Positions 63,460 through 64,000 of a stretch of 64,000 nt of DNA are shown here, piece by piece. Below the pieces are notes generated by a model, which was given only the letters and a program-made list of their open reading frames with translations, did no database searches and was not told the DNA's origin. A program made the position numbers and the translations under genes. Within the stretch, counting starts at the first letter, position 1; the number at the start of each line of letters is the position of its first letter. The stretch is from Geosiphon pyriformis uo1 (Eukaryota; Fungi; Glomeromycota): assembly GCA_016748015.1 (NCBI GenBank), contig JAAOMT010000445.1, forward strand, positions 248,001 to 312,000, read 5' to 3'.

Positions 63460-64000
63460 TAAGAGGGAAGTGATCCAGAACCCAAACCAGCATTTTCCAA
63501 CCTGGCCAAAAGGCCCATAACAGTTTTCGAAAGAATATCCAAAGTATCTTTCAATTTAGAAACTGCTGACGAATTGTAAACAACCACCTCTGCAACAGTT
63601 CCACCACTAGTGGTCACACCCAAACTCTCACTCATCATTGTATCTGCCCCTTGATTCTGTGATGAAGGAGTCATCAATGGCTGACATCCAGAGCCATGCT
63701 GGAAAACTGTCAGTCTGAATGCATCCAACCTCTTGGCCAGCTTATTAATCTGCTCAGCAAGGCTGGCGAAACTGTACTCAAGAGTGGCAAACTTATTATT
63801 CACATCCAAAGAAAATTGAGGAAGAGGTACCACAGCCAATAGTGAACCACTACCAGGAGACAACAAAACCATGTAAGAATTGAGACCTTCAGCAACTTGA
63901 GCCCAAGTTTTACCAGTGAAAGACACAAGACAGGAGATAGGAGCCAGCTTTTTCTTATAAATGCCAACCAGACAAACCCAATCCTGATCAGAGAACACTC
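63459..64000 (-). CDS. LINE ORF1 C-terminal part (coiled-coil-like)
   Basis: Open frame of at least 179 aa directly upstream of ORF2; its TAA overlaps the ORF2 ATG. Confidence 0.7.
   Translation of the reverse strand, partial: VFSDQDWVCLVGIYKKKLAPISCLVSFTGKTWAQVAEGLNSYMVLLSPGSGSLLAVVPLPQFSLDVNNKFATLEYSFASLAEQINKLAKRLDAFRLTVFQHGSGCQPLMTPSSQNQGADTMMSESLGVTTSGGTVAEVVVYNSSAVSKLKDTLDILSKTVMGLLARLENAGLGSGSLPS

Larger units (their letters stand above)
58639..64000 (-). mobile_element. Non-LTR retrotransposon (LINE) with RNase H; 5' part outside window
   Basis: ORF1 tail, ORF2 domains, 3'UTR and poly(A) tail (T11 at 58639-58649 on +). Confidence 0.92.

Overview
AT-rich eukaryotic, almost certainly fungal, repeat DNA with no recognisable host gene. 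The element families resemble those I recall from Glomeromycotina, especially Geosiphon pyriformis (inference, not verified). Bases 1-57993 are a nested stack of Ty3/Gypsy LTR retrotransposons: seven elements with internal sequence (labelled A-G), two ~0.8-kb solo LTRs and two 1.42-kb solo-LTR-like units. The stack sits inside ORF1 of a LINE. A second LINE (APE-RT-RNase H) fills 58639-64000. Nesting resolved from TGTTAC...GTAACA termini and 4-bp target-site duplications (TSDs): LINE > B > {A, C, solo, D, solo}; D > {1.42-kb unit, E > F, G > 1.42-kb unit}. All copies are decayed by C>T/G>A transitions. The Gypsy family is unusual in four ways. (1) Gag-PR-Cys-rich domain-dUTPase-RT-RNase H form one frame that stops after RNase H. 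(2) The integrase is a separate ORF with its own start codon, with an N-terminus resembling Ginger1/GIN-type integrases. (3) A soluble-looking ORF3 occupies the env position. (4) Most TSDs reconstruct to NCGN, suggesting CpG-directed integration.
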